Of a DNA stretch of 40,092 nucleotides, positions 30,824 through 39,041 are shown in pieces (positions within the stretch are counted from its first letter, which is position 1; every line of letters begins with the position of its first letter). A program made the translations under genes and the position numbers. The notes beneath the pieces were generated by a model. That model searched no databases, was not told where the DNA came from, and saw only the letters and a list, made by a program, of their open reading frames with translations. The DNA comes from a virus. Taxonomy: Duplodnaviria > Caudoviricetes. The stretch spans positions 1 through 40,092 of the IMG/VR virus record IMGVR_UViG_3300017780_006605, one strand, 5' to 3'.

Positions 30824-31018
30824 ATGGAAGTAATAGACATTGTTGATACCGAAGATGGTGGTGCTAAAGTCACATTAGAGTTAGATGATGAAACACGAAA
30901 CTTTATAAAGAAACATAATGGTTGGAAAAGGTGGAGTACAAAAAAGTTTCAAACACTATTTATTGAAATACTGACAAAATATGCCGAGGTTCATGGAAAA
31001 GATAAAATCAATATTTAA
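30824..31018 (+). CDS. Small hypothetical protein (MEVIDIV...)
   Basis: ATG 1 nt after the upstream stop is more plausible than the track start at 30797. Confidence 0.6.
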   Translation: MEVIDIVDTEDGGAKVTLELDDETRNFIKKHNGWKRWSTKKFQTLFIEILTKYAEVHGKDKINI

Positions 31019-31376
31019 CTTCGTTAAGCAATATTGGAAGATCATGCTGGCTATAGCTTACATGATCTTTGTTCCGTTGTATTCTTATCAATCCACGGCA
31101 AAAATGAGACAAACTCTTGAAATATTACAAGAATCTTCCGATGGTCAAATAAAGATCTTGCAAGGTGCGATGGAAGAACAAAGAATACAATACGATAAGA
31201 TGTTCAAGGAATATCAGGCAAAAATAGAAGAAGAGAAAAAAAGATATGATGATGAAATCGTTGAGTTAAGAAAAACTCAAGAAAAACATCAAAAGCTATT
31301 GAGCAAGAAGTTTAAAGAAAACCCGTCAGCTATCTCGGATGAACTCTCAAAAAGGTATGGTTTAAGTGCTAATTAG
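30993..31376 (+). CDS. N-terminally anchored coiled-coil membrane protein; i-spanin-like
   Basis: Basic N-terminus, one hydrophobic helix (IMLAIAYMIFVPLY), then a charged coiled coil; SD GAGGT before ATG 30993; ACTATTTA at 30955-30962. Confidence 0.55.
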   Translation: MEKIKSIFNFVKQYWKIMLAIAYMIFVPLYSYQSTAKMRQTLEILQESSDGQIKILQGAMEEQRIQYDKMFKEYQAKIEEEKKRYDDEIVELRKTQEKHQKLLSKKFKENPSAISDELSKRYGLSAN

Positions 31377-31779
31377 TTTATTATTATTGTGCAACTTAGC
31401 ACAAGCAGAGGACTTTAAGCAATTAGAACAAGGTCAGCCAGCACCTTTCTCTGGCACCCTTATACGTCCAGAAGCCATGGCAACAATGTTCACGCAAGAA
31501 GATGCCAAGCTTGAACGATGCAAAATAGACAGCGAGCATATTCTTAAGGAAGAAAAAATAAAGTGTGAGCTAGAAGTGCAAAAGGTAACATACGACTTTA
31601 CCATCTACAAAGAAACAAACGAAGCATTAATGATCGAGAAAGATAAAGAACTCGATAAGCTTTATGAAATTCTTAAAAAGAATCCAGCAAACCATACACC
31701 ACTATGGATCGGCATTGGATTTATTGCCGGTATAGGAACATCAATCGGAATGATCTACGCTTACGAGCAAATGCAATAA
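31366..31779 (+). CDS. Exported coiled-coil protein with a C-terminal transmembrane helix; possible spanin partner
   Basis: GTG start overlapping the previous gene; signal-like MLISLLLLCNLAQA-E; C-terminal LWIGIGFIAGIGTSIGMIYAY. Confidence 0.55.
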   Translation: MLISLLLLCNLAQAEDFKQLEQGQPAPFSGTLIRPEAMATMFTQEDAKLERCKIDSEHILKEEKIKCELEVQKVTYDFTIYKETNEALMIEKDKELDKLYEILKKNPANHTPLWIGIGFIAGIGTSIGMIYAYEQMQ

Positions 31780-31782
31780 ATT

Positions 31783-32334
31783 ATGAGCAGACACGCCAAC
31801 ATATCAAACATCCTTTATGTTTATGTCGAAAATAAGTTTTTAGATAGAGGCGAGGGATTAACTGAGGCAATTTGGCATGGAGTGTTTGCGAGAGAAGGTG
31901 AAGTTTTATTAACTCATTTGCTTTTAGAAACTGGCGCACACTGGACAGGTGTACCGCTTCATGGAATTCATCATAAAACTTCTTTTGTATCTAGAAAAAG
32001 TGGACAATTACAACCTTGGGGTAACATGGGCATAAACATAGACGTTACATGCTTAAACCACTTAGAAGGTCTTGATGTAAATTATTTTAAAGAAAATTTA
32101 AATGGATTATCAACCGGTATCGTAATTGATTGGTATGATGGTTTTAGTAGGTTGCCTCAACAACATAAGCCTTTACATTTAATTACCATGGAAGATGGAA
32201 ACTATTATTTGCTTCCAAATAATTATTTAAGATGGAACGATCCTTCATTTACTAATGAAAAGCTTTGGGAAAAATGCAAAAACTATAAAAGAGGAAATGA
32301 AGTTTGGTATCCAGAGAATAAAATCAATAAATGA
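31783..32334 (+). CDS. Phage hypothetical protein
   Basis: Intact 183-aa ORF; motifs GA.W..VPL, LQPW, QHK and PNN...W.DPS recall a widespread phage family of unknown function (recollection, unverified). Confidence 0.7.
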   Translation: MSRHANISNILYVYVENKFLDRGEGLTEAIWHGVFAREGEVLLTHLLLETGAHWTGVPLHGIHHKTSFVSRKSGQLQPWGNMGINIDVTCLNHLEGLDVNYFKENLNGLSTGIVIDWYDGFSRLPQQHKPLHLITMEDGNYYLLPNNYLRWNDPSFTNEKLWEKCKNYKRGNEVWYPENKINK

Positions 32335-32340
32335 GGAATT

Positions 32341-32715
32341 ATGAAAGATTTAAACGAAATAGCTAAAATAGAAAAAGCAATTTCTGAAAAATACGGAGAA
32401 GATGCAATAGCGAACCCAAAGCACAATTGGAACGAAGAAAAAGAAAAAGCATACATCGAACAACTAAAGGAACTTTCTCATATTGAAAAAAAGAATGATA
32501 ATAATCAAAAAATCAATGTTAATGGTGTTTTTATTTCTAAAAAACTACTTAATAAAGATAGCAATAGAACTTGTCCAATTTGTGCCTTATACTCCTTTGA
32601 TTTGAAGGATGATTTGTACATGAATAGGTTCGAATGCTGCTTCAAATGCCATGTTCAATGGGTTGAAGGAAGAGAAGAAAGATGGAAGGCAGGATGGAGG
32701 CCAAATAAAAAATGA
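32341..32715 (+). CDS. Small protein with a C-terminal Cys cluster (CPIC...CCFKC), likely zinc-binding
   Basis: SD GAGGA; two CxxC pairs; ATGA overlap with the next gene. Confidence 0.75.
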   Translation: MKDLNEIAKIEKAISEKYGEDAIANPKHNWNEEKEKAYIEQLKELSHIEKKNDNNQKINVNGVFISKKLLNKDSNRTCPICALYSFDLKDDLYMNRFECCFKCHVQWVEGREERWKAGWRPNKK

Positions 32716-33074
32716 AAATAACTATGACAAGATTAAAGGAAATAATTCAAGAAGAACTTGAAATGCATTCCGATGTTGATAGTGAACCCCATACTTGCGG
32801 TTCCGATATCGAAAGCGATGACGAAGGATATATGACCAAATCTCAATTATATAAGATTGGAAATTATGCCTTAGAGCTTCACGATATGATCAACGATTAT
32901 GATGACTTACCAGAATGGATGCAATCAAAAGTATCTCAAATGGCAGGAATGATTGGCGATGTAAAGCATGCTCTTGAATATGATCAGGAGTCTGAAGAGT
33001 TGCACCAAGACGAAGAGGTTTATGATTCTTATATGGGTGAAGATGGTGGGGAATCAATGGGGGAGGATTATTAA
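32712..33074 (+). CDS. Acidic small protein with the shared leader; candidate head/core protein
   Basis: MKITMTRLKEIIQEELE leader; core DEGYMTKSQL...LPEWMQSKVS; highly acidic. Confidence 0.75.
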   Translation: MKITMTRLKEIIQEELEMHSDVDSEPHTCGSDIESDDEGYMTKSQLYKIGNYALELHDMINDYDDLPEWMQSKVSQMAGMIGDVKHALEYDQESEELHQDEEVYDSYMGEDGGESMGEDY

Positions 33075-33077
33075 TAA

Positions 33078-33629
33078 ATGGCAACGACATACGAAATAAT
33101 TCAAGGGCTTCATCAAGCAGCAGCAAATGTTTATGATGGTTCGCATGTTGAAAAGTACGCATCAGATGGTAAATCTCGTTCTGTTGGTCTTAAGAGAGAA
33201 GAAGGTGACCCACTATTGGATTCAAGAGTTATTGATGGATTCAAAATAAAGATAAGCGGCGATATGCTTACGGTTGTATATACCGCAGACATTAGATTGC
33301 AGGACGTATATATGACAAAAGATTTTGAAGGAGAAATGGAAACAATAATTGAAAAAATTGTTTCTTTCCTCAAAAAAGAATATAAGTCCATAACCAAAGA
33401 TACAGTTACGCTTTCTCCAATTGGAGTCGTAAGTGTTTTGGTGCAGCCAGTTTCCAGACAGAGAACATCTGTTGAGGTAAAAAAGAATTACAAGATCGCA
33501 TCGCTCAAAGATGTAGAGTCAGTATCTCCTCCGTCAGAAGACATTACAAGAGATATAACAAGAAAGTTTCTTGAACTGGGCAGAGAAAAAGCAAAGGCAC
33601 CAATAAACGTTAGTACAAAAATAAAATAA
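33078..33629 (+). CDS. Hypothetical protein immediately upstream of the terminase
   Basis: Strong SD GGAGGA; 183 aa; no recognisable motif. Confidence 0.75.
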   Translation: MATTYEIIQGLHQAAANVYDGSHVEKYASDGKSRSVGLKREEGDPLLDSRVIDGFKIKISGDMLTVVYTADIRLQDVYMTKDFEGEMETIIEKIVSFLKKEYKSITKDTVTLSPIGVVSVLVQPVSRQRTSVEVKKNYKIASLKDVESVSPPSEDITRDITRKFLELGREKAKAPINVSTKIK

Positions 33630-33635
33630 GATGTT

Positions 33636-35222
33636 ATGTATAAACTTACCAAACAGCAAATTCAAGATGAAATATTAAAGTGCGGTAAGAATCCAGTTTA
33701 TTTTATAAATACATACACAAAAATCTCACACCCCCAAAGGGGTCCAATACCGTTTAGAATGTATCCTTTTCAAGAGGCTGCAATCAAAGACATTCAAGAT
33801 CATAGATTCAACATAATTTTAAAGGCCAGACAGCTTGGTTTATCAACCGTAGTTGCTGGCTATGTTGCTTGGCTAATGTTGTTTCATAGAGACAAGAACG
33901 TTTTAGTCTTGGCAACAAAATTGTTGTCGGCCTCTAATCTTGTAAGAAAAGTAAAATATATTATCAAAAGTGTTCCTGCATGGTTGACGATTGCCACAGT
34001 GGCAATAGATAATAGAACTTCTTTTGAACTTTCAAATGGTTCTCAAATAAAGTCTTCTGCTACGTCTGGCGATGCAGGACGTTCAGAGGCACTGTCCCTT
34101 TTAGTCTTGGACGAAGCAGGATTTATCGAGGGGATGCAAGAGCTTTGGGCTGGCCTTTATCCAACGATGGCCACAGGTGGCCGTTGTGTTGCCATATCAA
34201 CACCAAACGGAGTTGGAAATTGGTTTCATCAGGCATATATTGATGCCGAGAGTGGAACAAACGAGTTTAATCCAATCAAACTGCATTGGACGGTTCATCC
34301 GGACAGAAATCAAGAATGGTTTGAAAAAGAAACCAAAAACCTTTCCAAACGTGAAGTTGCACAAGAATATGAGTGCAGTTTTAATGCTTCTGGCGAAACA
34401 GTAATTGATGCTGCTGATCTTGAATATCTTTCTGCTGCCCATGAAGAACCAAAAATGAGACTTGGTATTGATAGGAATTTATGGGTCTGGAAAGAATACA
34501 ATATAAAATGCAAATATCTTTTAGTTGCCGACGTAGCCCGTGGCGATGGAAAAGACTTTTCAGTTTTCCATATGTTAAACTTGAACACCATGGAACAAGC
34601 AGCAGAATATCAAGGCAAGTTAAATATAGAAGAATTTGCTAGACTATTATTTAACACAGGCACTCAGTACGGAAACTGTATGATAGTCGTAGAGAACAAC
34701 AATCTTGGCTTTTCTATACTGGAAAAGCTTATAAGCATGGGGTACAAAAACGTATATCATTCTTCCAAAGGTTCGGCCGAGTTTGTGGAACAACATGCAG
34801 CAGAAAATATGTCAAATACGGTTCCCGGCTTTACAACTTCACACAAATCAAGACCATTGATCCTATCTAAGCTTGAAGAGTTTATTCGCTCAAAGATGAT
34901 TAAAATAAATTCTATTCGATCTTATAACGAATTGACAACCTTTATTTGGCACCACGGTCGTCCACAAGCAATGTCAGGGTATAACGATGACTTAGTAATG
35001 TCCTTGGCAATTGCGTGTTGGGTTAAAGATACAGTTTTTTATGCAGCAACTATTGACATAGAATATCAAAAAGCTATCTTGACAAGTATGACAAAATCGA
35101 ATAAAGTACTAAGTACAAGTATACCCGGAATGCTACACTATGACAGGTCCAGCAGATATGCTGAAGATGTGATAAAGCAGCGTGAATTGCAAAAAGACTT
35201 TCTATGGATATTTAAGGGATAA
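33636..35222 (+). CDS. gp17: Terminase large subunit, T4 gp17-like
   Basis: MYPFQ adenine-binding motif, LKARQLGLST (Walker A), LVLDEAGF (Walker B), ISTPNG, QEYEC.F, nuclease VADVARG, VVENN and DDLVMSLA. Confidence 0.95.
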   Translation: MYKLTKQQIQDEILKCGKNPVYFINTYTKISHPQRGPIPFRMYPFQEAAIKDIQDHRFNIILKARQLGLSTVVAGYVAWLMLFHRDKNVLVLATKLLSASNLVRKVKYIIKSVPAWLTIATVAIDNRTSFELSNGSQIKSSATSGDAGRSEALSLLVLDEAGFIEGMQELWAGLYPTMATGGRCVAISTPNGVGNWFHQAYIDAESGTNEFNPIKLHWTVHPDRNQEWFEKETKNLSKREVAQEYECSFNASGETVIDAADLEYLSAAHEEPKMRLGIDRNLWVWKEYNIKCKYLLVADVARGDGKDFSVFHMLNLNTMEQAAEYQGKLNIEEFARLLFNTGTQYGNCMIVVENNNLGFSILEKLISMGYKNVYHSSKGSAEFVEQHAAENMSNTVPGFTTSHKSRPLILSKLEEFIRSKMIKINSIRSYNELTTFIWHHGRPQAMSGYNDDLVMSLAIACWVKDTVFYAATIDIEYQKAILTSMTKSNKVLSTSIPGMLHYDRSSRYAEDVIKQRELQKDFLWIFKG

Positions 35223-35224
35223 TA

Positions 35225-37183
35225 ATGGCAGATAGCAAAATAAAAAATACTAGAAATACTGATTCGATATTGTTCAAACAATTGACAAAATTGTTCTCTG
35301 GGCCAATTTCGAACTATAACCAACAAACACAAAGTCGTTATAGAAGAACACAGCTAGACAAATTTTCATTTAAATCCGCACAAGGATTAGAATTTAAGAA
35401 AGCAGAGTATCAGACTTATGAAAATATGTCTGCAAAAACAATGCAGGCTCAGAATCGTGGAGATAGATATATCGATTTTGATCAAATGGAATATATGGCA
35501 GAAATTGCATCAGCCCTAGACGTTTATGCTGATGAAATCACAACGTCTAACGAATTGACGAACATGTTAAGAATTAAATGTCCAAACGAAGAAATCAGAG
35601 CAGTATTGGAAACTCTCTATTTTAAGACACTTAATCTTGAATCAAACTTGTTTAGTTGGTCGAGAAATATGTGCAAATATGGTGATTTCTTTTTGTATCT
35701 AGATATAGATGATAAGCTTGGCGTAACTAGCGGCCTCGGCCTTCCTTCAAGCCAAATCGAAAGAATGGAAGGAAAAGATAAGACAAACTCAAACTATGTA
35801 CAGTTTCAATGGAATTCTGGTGGCTTAACTTTCGAAAATTGGCAAATTGCACACTTTAGAGTTCTTGGCAATGACAAACATTCTCCATATGGAACTTCCA
35901 TATTGGACTCAGCAAGAAGAACGTGGAGACAATTAACGCTTCTTGAAGATGCCATGATGGCATATAGAATAACTCGATCACCAGAAAGAAAAGTGTTCTA
36001 CATTGATATAGGCACCGTGCCACCAGAAGATGTAGAGCAATACATGCAGAAAGTCATGACACAAATGAAGAGAAATCAGATTCTTGATTCCACTACTGGT
36101 CGTGTTGACTTGCGTTATAATCCAACTTCTGTTGACGAAGATTACTTTATTCCAGTTCGTGGTGGGGTAAATAATACTAAAATAGAAGCTCTTCCCGGTG
36201 GCAATTTTGCTTCTGCGATAGAGGACGTAAAATATCTTAGAGACAAACTATTTGCTGCCTTGAAAGTTCCAATGTCGTATCTTATTAGAGGCGATGGGGC
36301 AACAGAAGATAAAACAACTCTAGCACAAAAAGACATTCGATTTGCTAGAACGATTCAAAGATTACAAAGAGTTATTGTTGCTGAGCTAGAAAAGATTGGA
36401 GTTATTCATTTATATACACTTGGATTCCGTGGAACAGATTTAATTTCGTTTAAACTTTCTTTAAACAATCCTTCCAAGATTGCAGCACTTCAAGAACTTG
36501 ATCATTGGAAAACAAAATTTGATGTTGCATCTGCTGCAACAGAAGGATATTTTTCTAAGCACTGGATTGCTCAAAACATATTTGCTCTTTCTGATGAGCA
36601 GATTGTCAAAAATCAGAGAGAAATGTATTATGATCGTAAATTCGCCAATTCATTAGAAAAGATAGGGCAACCAGCAGAAACACCAGCCGGTGGTGGAGGT
36701 GGTGGAGGTTTGGACCTTGGCACCTCCGGAGGTGGCGAAGAAATGCCGGCAGAAACTCCAGAAGTTGGCGGAGAAGAGGTGGCCGATGATAGCATGCTAT
36801 TGGCCTCGCCAGAAGGTGGAGGAGCACCAGAAGGAGCCCCCGAAGGAGCCCCAGCCGACGAGATACCTCCCCCCGGCAGAAGAGAAGATGGCTACTATAC
36901 TACTCCGGGTGCTAAAGGAAAGATGTATAAACAAACACAGGATTCGCGTGCTAGTGGCGCAAGAAAACGTTCCATGCGCTCTCAAGGTGGCGAATCTATG
37001 GCAGGAAAGAGTTCCATCTTTCCCGGCCTTAGAGGCTTATCTTCTACTATGAATGGAATTTATGAGTCAGAGCAGCCTACTTATGATCAAGAAGAGAAAG
37101 AAATCTTTGCAACAAATAACGAAATTAAATATTTGATTGAAAACTTGGAGAAATTTAATAATGCAAGAAAAAATGAAAGTTAA
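35225..37183 (+). CDS. gp20: Portal protein, T4 gp20-like, with a long Gly/Glu/Pro-rich C-terminal extension
   Basis: QLTLLEDAMMAYRITRSPERKVFYIDIG, EDYFIPVRG, IEALPGG, DVKYL..KLFAALKVP, DIRFARTIQRLQ. Confidence 0.95.
   Translation: MADSKIKNTRNTDSILFKQLTKLFSGPISNYNQQTQSRYRRTQLDKFSFKSAQGLEFKKAEYQTYENMSAKTMQAQNRGDRYIDFDQMEYMAEIASALDVYADEITTSNELTNMLRIKCPNEEIRAVLETLYFKTLNLESNLFSWSRNMCKYGDFFLYLDIDDKLGVTSGLGLPSSQIERMEGKDKTNSNYVQFQWNSGGLTFENWQIAHFRVLGNDKHSPYGTSILDSARRTWRQLTLLEDAMMAYRITRSPERKVFYIDIGTVPPEDVEQYMQKVMTQMKRNQILDSTTGRVDLRYNPTSVDEDYFIPVRGGVNNTKIEALPGGNFASAIEDVKYLRDKLFAALKVPMSYLIRGDGATEDKTTLAQKDIRFARTIQRLQRVIVAELEKIGVIHLYTLGFRGTDLISFKLSLNNPSKIAALQELDHWKTKFDVASAATEGYFSKHWIAQNIFALSDEQIVKNQREMYYDRKFANSLEKIGQPAETPAGGGGGGGLDLGTSGGGEEMPAETPEVGGEEVADDSMLLASPEGGGAPEGAPEGAPADEIPPPGRREDGYYTTPGAKGKMYKQTQDSRASGARKRSMRSQGGESMAGKSSIFPGLRGLSSTMNGIYESEQPTYDQEEKEIFATNNEIKYLIENLEKFNNARKNES
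36821..36856 (+). repeat. Three imperfect 12-bp tandem repeats encoding GAPE-GAPE-GAPA
   Basis: GGAGCACCAGAA GGAGCCCCCGAA GGAGCCCCAGCC. Confidence 0.8.
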
Positions 37184-37964
37184 GTACAATAAGAAAAGAA
37201 ATACCGCTTTTCTTTACGAAACTCTCGTTAAAGAATTAACGAAATCTATTGTTAACAAAGATGATGGTAGAAAAAAAGTTGTTCTTTCTATTTTGAAAGA
37301 GCACTTTGGAAAGAGTTCCATATTGCACAGAGAACTGGATATATACAAAAGCCTGTATGAATCTACAGGCATGCAGCAAAGCTCGGCGGATAGATTGGTT
37401 CAAGAGGCAAAAAGAGTATATTTTTCTCTCAATAACCAAGATGTTTTTAACCAACAAACCCAAGTTATTAACAAAATGAATAAGCAATTAGAGCCATCTG
37501 TGTTCACAAGCTTTCTTCCAAATTATAAGAGCTTGGCCACTATATCTCAACTGTTTGATGATGATATCTCGATAAAACAAAAAATCATTTTAGAAGAATT
37601 AATTATCCATATGCTATGTGAAAATATTACTGAAAAACAAGAAATGCGTCCCATAGATAATATTGTTTATAAACAGATTATCAAGAAATTTAATGACAAA
37701 TATTCAGATGTATTAATAGAAGAACAGAAAACTTTATTCACGAAGTATATCCTATCGTATTCAGACGATAACGCTGATTTAATCGTCCATTTAAACGAAG
37801 AAATATCAAGAATTAAAAACGCTGTGAACAATTCTTCTATTGCCGAAAAAGACAAGAAACAATTAATTGAAAAAATTAATGACTTTAAAAACAAACCAAT
37901 TGATAAACAATTGATAGAAGATGTTTTAAGTTTTCAATCTTTGGTTAAGGAAACTCAATCATAA
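37173..37964 (+). CDS. Helical hypothetical protein following the portal (head assembly region)
   Basis: Likely start MKVKYNKKRNTAFLYE overlapping the portal end; alternative ATG at 37161; the track's TTG at 37137 is less likely. Confidence 0.75.
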   Translation: MKVKYNKKRNTAFLYETLVKELTKSIVNKDDGRKKVVLSILKEHFGKSSILHRELDIYKSLYESTGMQQSSADRLVQEAKRVYFSLNNQDVFNQQTQVINKMNKQLEPSVFTSFLPNYKSLATISQLFDDDISIKQKIILEELIIHMLCENITEKQEMRPIDNIVYKQIIKKFNDKYSDVLIEEQKTLFTKYILSYSDDNADLIVHLNEEISRIKNAVNNSSIAEKDKKQLIEKINDFKNKPIDKQLIEDVLSFQSLVKETQS

Positions 37965-38512
37965 TGAATATTGTCATTAAAATTAAGGATAAGCCAGATA
38001 TTGTCATTCGTCTTGATGCTCGCAGAACATTAGATGGCAATATTTTAATTCAAGATCATCCACACATGGACATTATATTATCTCCAAAAAATAAAAAGAT
38101 TTTAGCATTATCCAAAATTTTAATGGACGATAGAAGCTATTATACGCAAAACAAATTCTTTGATTATTTATACAAGCGTGGCGTAATAGATCCGTCAACC
38201 ATACAGGCTAGCAATATTCATTCTTCGTTAGAGGCCACAATACCAGAAAAAATGCCAGACGGCCCAGATCCGGTCGAGGTTATTTTATTCTGTATCTTTA
38301 AATACTTTAGAGAAGAGGCCCCGCTGTGGGCAGAAGAGGAGAAGCTTAAGAAAGATCAAGAAGAATATCTCCTTGATCCAGACAAAGAACACTCTACAGA
38401 ACTTGGCGAAATACCACAAAAGGCAAAACAAGGCGGAATAGACAACTCAGCGTATGCCGTCAACAGGCACTATAATCTTGCTTATCTTGGCGAACAAAAA
38501 CAAAACAAATAA
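37964..38512 (+). CDS. Hypothetical protein (head assembly region)
   Basis: TAATG coupling to the previous gene; SD AAGGA; 182 aa. Confidence 0.75.
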   Translation: MNIVIKIKDKPDIVIRLDARRTLDGNILIQDHPHMDIILSPKNKKILALSKILMDDRSYYTQNKFFDYLYKRGVIDPSTIQASNIHSSLEATIPEKMPDGPDPVEVILFCIFKYFREEAPLWAEEEKLKKDQEEYLLDPDKEHSTELGEIPQKAKQGGIDNSAYAVNRHYNLAYLGEQKQNK

Positions 38513-38526
38513 AATTTGGAAAGAAA

Positions 38527-38835
38527 ATGATTGATATTTTAATATTTTATATATTTTGTACTTATGGTATGACATCAATTTTGTTGTATGGCAGCATATT
38601 TGATGTCATAAGACCAACAAAAGGTTTTTTTGGTAAATTATTTAAATGCCCCCTTTGTATGTCATTTCATGTGGGTTGGTTTATAGCACTATTATTAAAC
38701 TTATCTAATATGTTTGATATTAATTTAAATGTTTTTGATATTTTTATGTTTTCATGCATTTCATCTGGTACGTCTTATATACTTTGCATGTTATTTAATG
38801 ATTTCGGATTAAATATTAAAGTGAATAAAGAATAA
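38527..38835 (+). CDS. Small multi-pass membrane protein with CxxC (DUF1360-like)
   Basis: About three hydrophobic segments; IFD.IR...FFGKLFKCPLCMSFHVG resembles the DUF1360 L..CP.C.(G/S).W motif. Confidence 0.65.
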   Translation: MIDILIFYIFCTYGMTSILLYGSIFDVIRPTKGFFGKLFKCPLCMSFHVGWFIALLLNLSNMFDINLNVFDIFMFSCISSGTSYILCMLFNDFGLNIKVNKE

Positions 38836-38838
38836 ATA

Positions 38839-38846
38839 ACTATTTA
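38839..38846 (+). promoter_or_regulatory. Putative late-promoter motif ACTATTTA
   Basis: Intergenic, upstream of SD AAGGTG and ATG 38871. Confidence 0.6.
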
Positions 38847-38870
38847 GTTATAGAAGCAATAAGGTGTACT

Positions 38871-39041
38871 ATGAATTTTTCATCAAAACAACATTTTTGG
38901 ATTCGTAAATGGGCTTTACAACCAGTTCGCTTGTGTTGCAGAGGCAAGATAGCCGCTGCGGATTTAGGACCGCAGCACAAGCAAGAAAAACAGGAATATT
39001 TATCATTAAATGTCAAAAAGATTACTAACAGAATATTATGA
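38871..39041 (+). CDS. Unannotated 56-aa ORF with Cys-Cys, overlapping the protease start
   Basis: MNFSSKQHFWIRKWALQPVRLCCRGKIAAADLGPQHKQEKQEYLSLNVKKITNRIL*; own SD and promoter-like motif; absent from the ORF track. Confidence 0.55.
   Translation: MNFSSKQHFWIRKWALQPVRLCCRGKIAAADLGPQHKQEKQEYLSLNVKKITNRIL
38929..38982 (+). other. RNA element with two overlapping stems
   Basis: GCTGCGG(38955-61)/CCGCAGC(38970-76) is a 7-bp stem; GCTTGTGTTGC(38929-39)/GCAGCACAAGC(38972-82) is an 11-bp stem with one G-U. They share 38972-38976. Confidence 0.6.

Noticed and set aside
33636-35222. Intein or intron in the terminase, primase or Mre11-Rad50 genes
   Set aside because: Lengths and motif spacing are ordinary; no splice-junction or homing-endonuclease motifs seen.
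38955-38990. The GC hairpin before gp21 as a plus-strand intrinsic terminator or a tRNA fragment
   Set aside because: It is followed by A-rich rather than T-rich sequence and shows no cloverleaf or T-loop consensus. A minus-strand terminator is not excluded.
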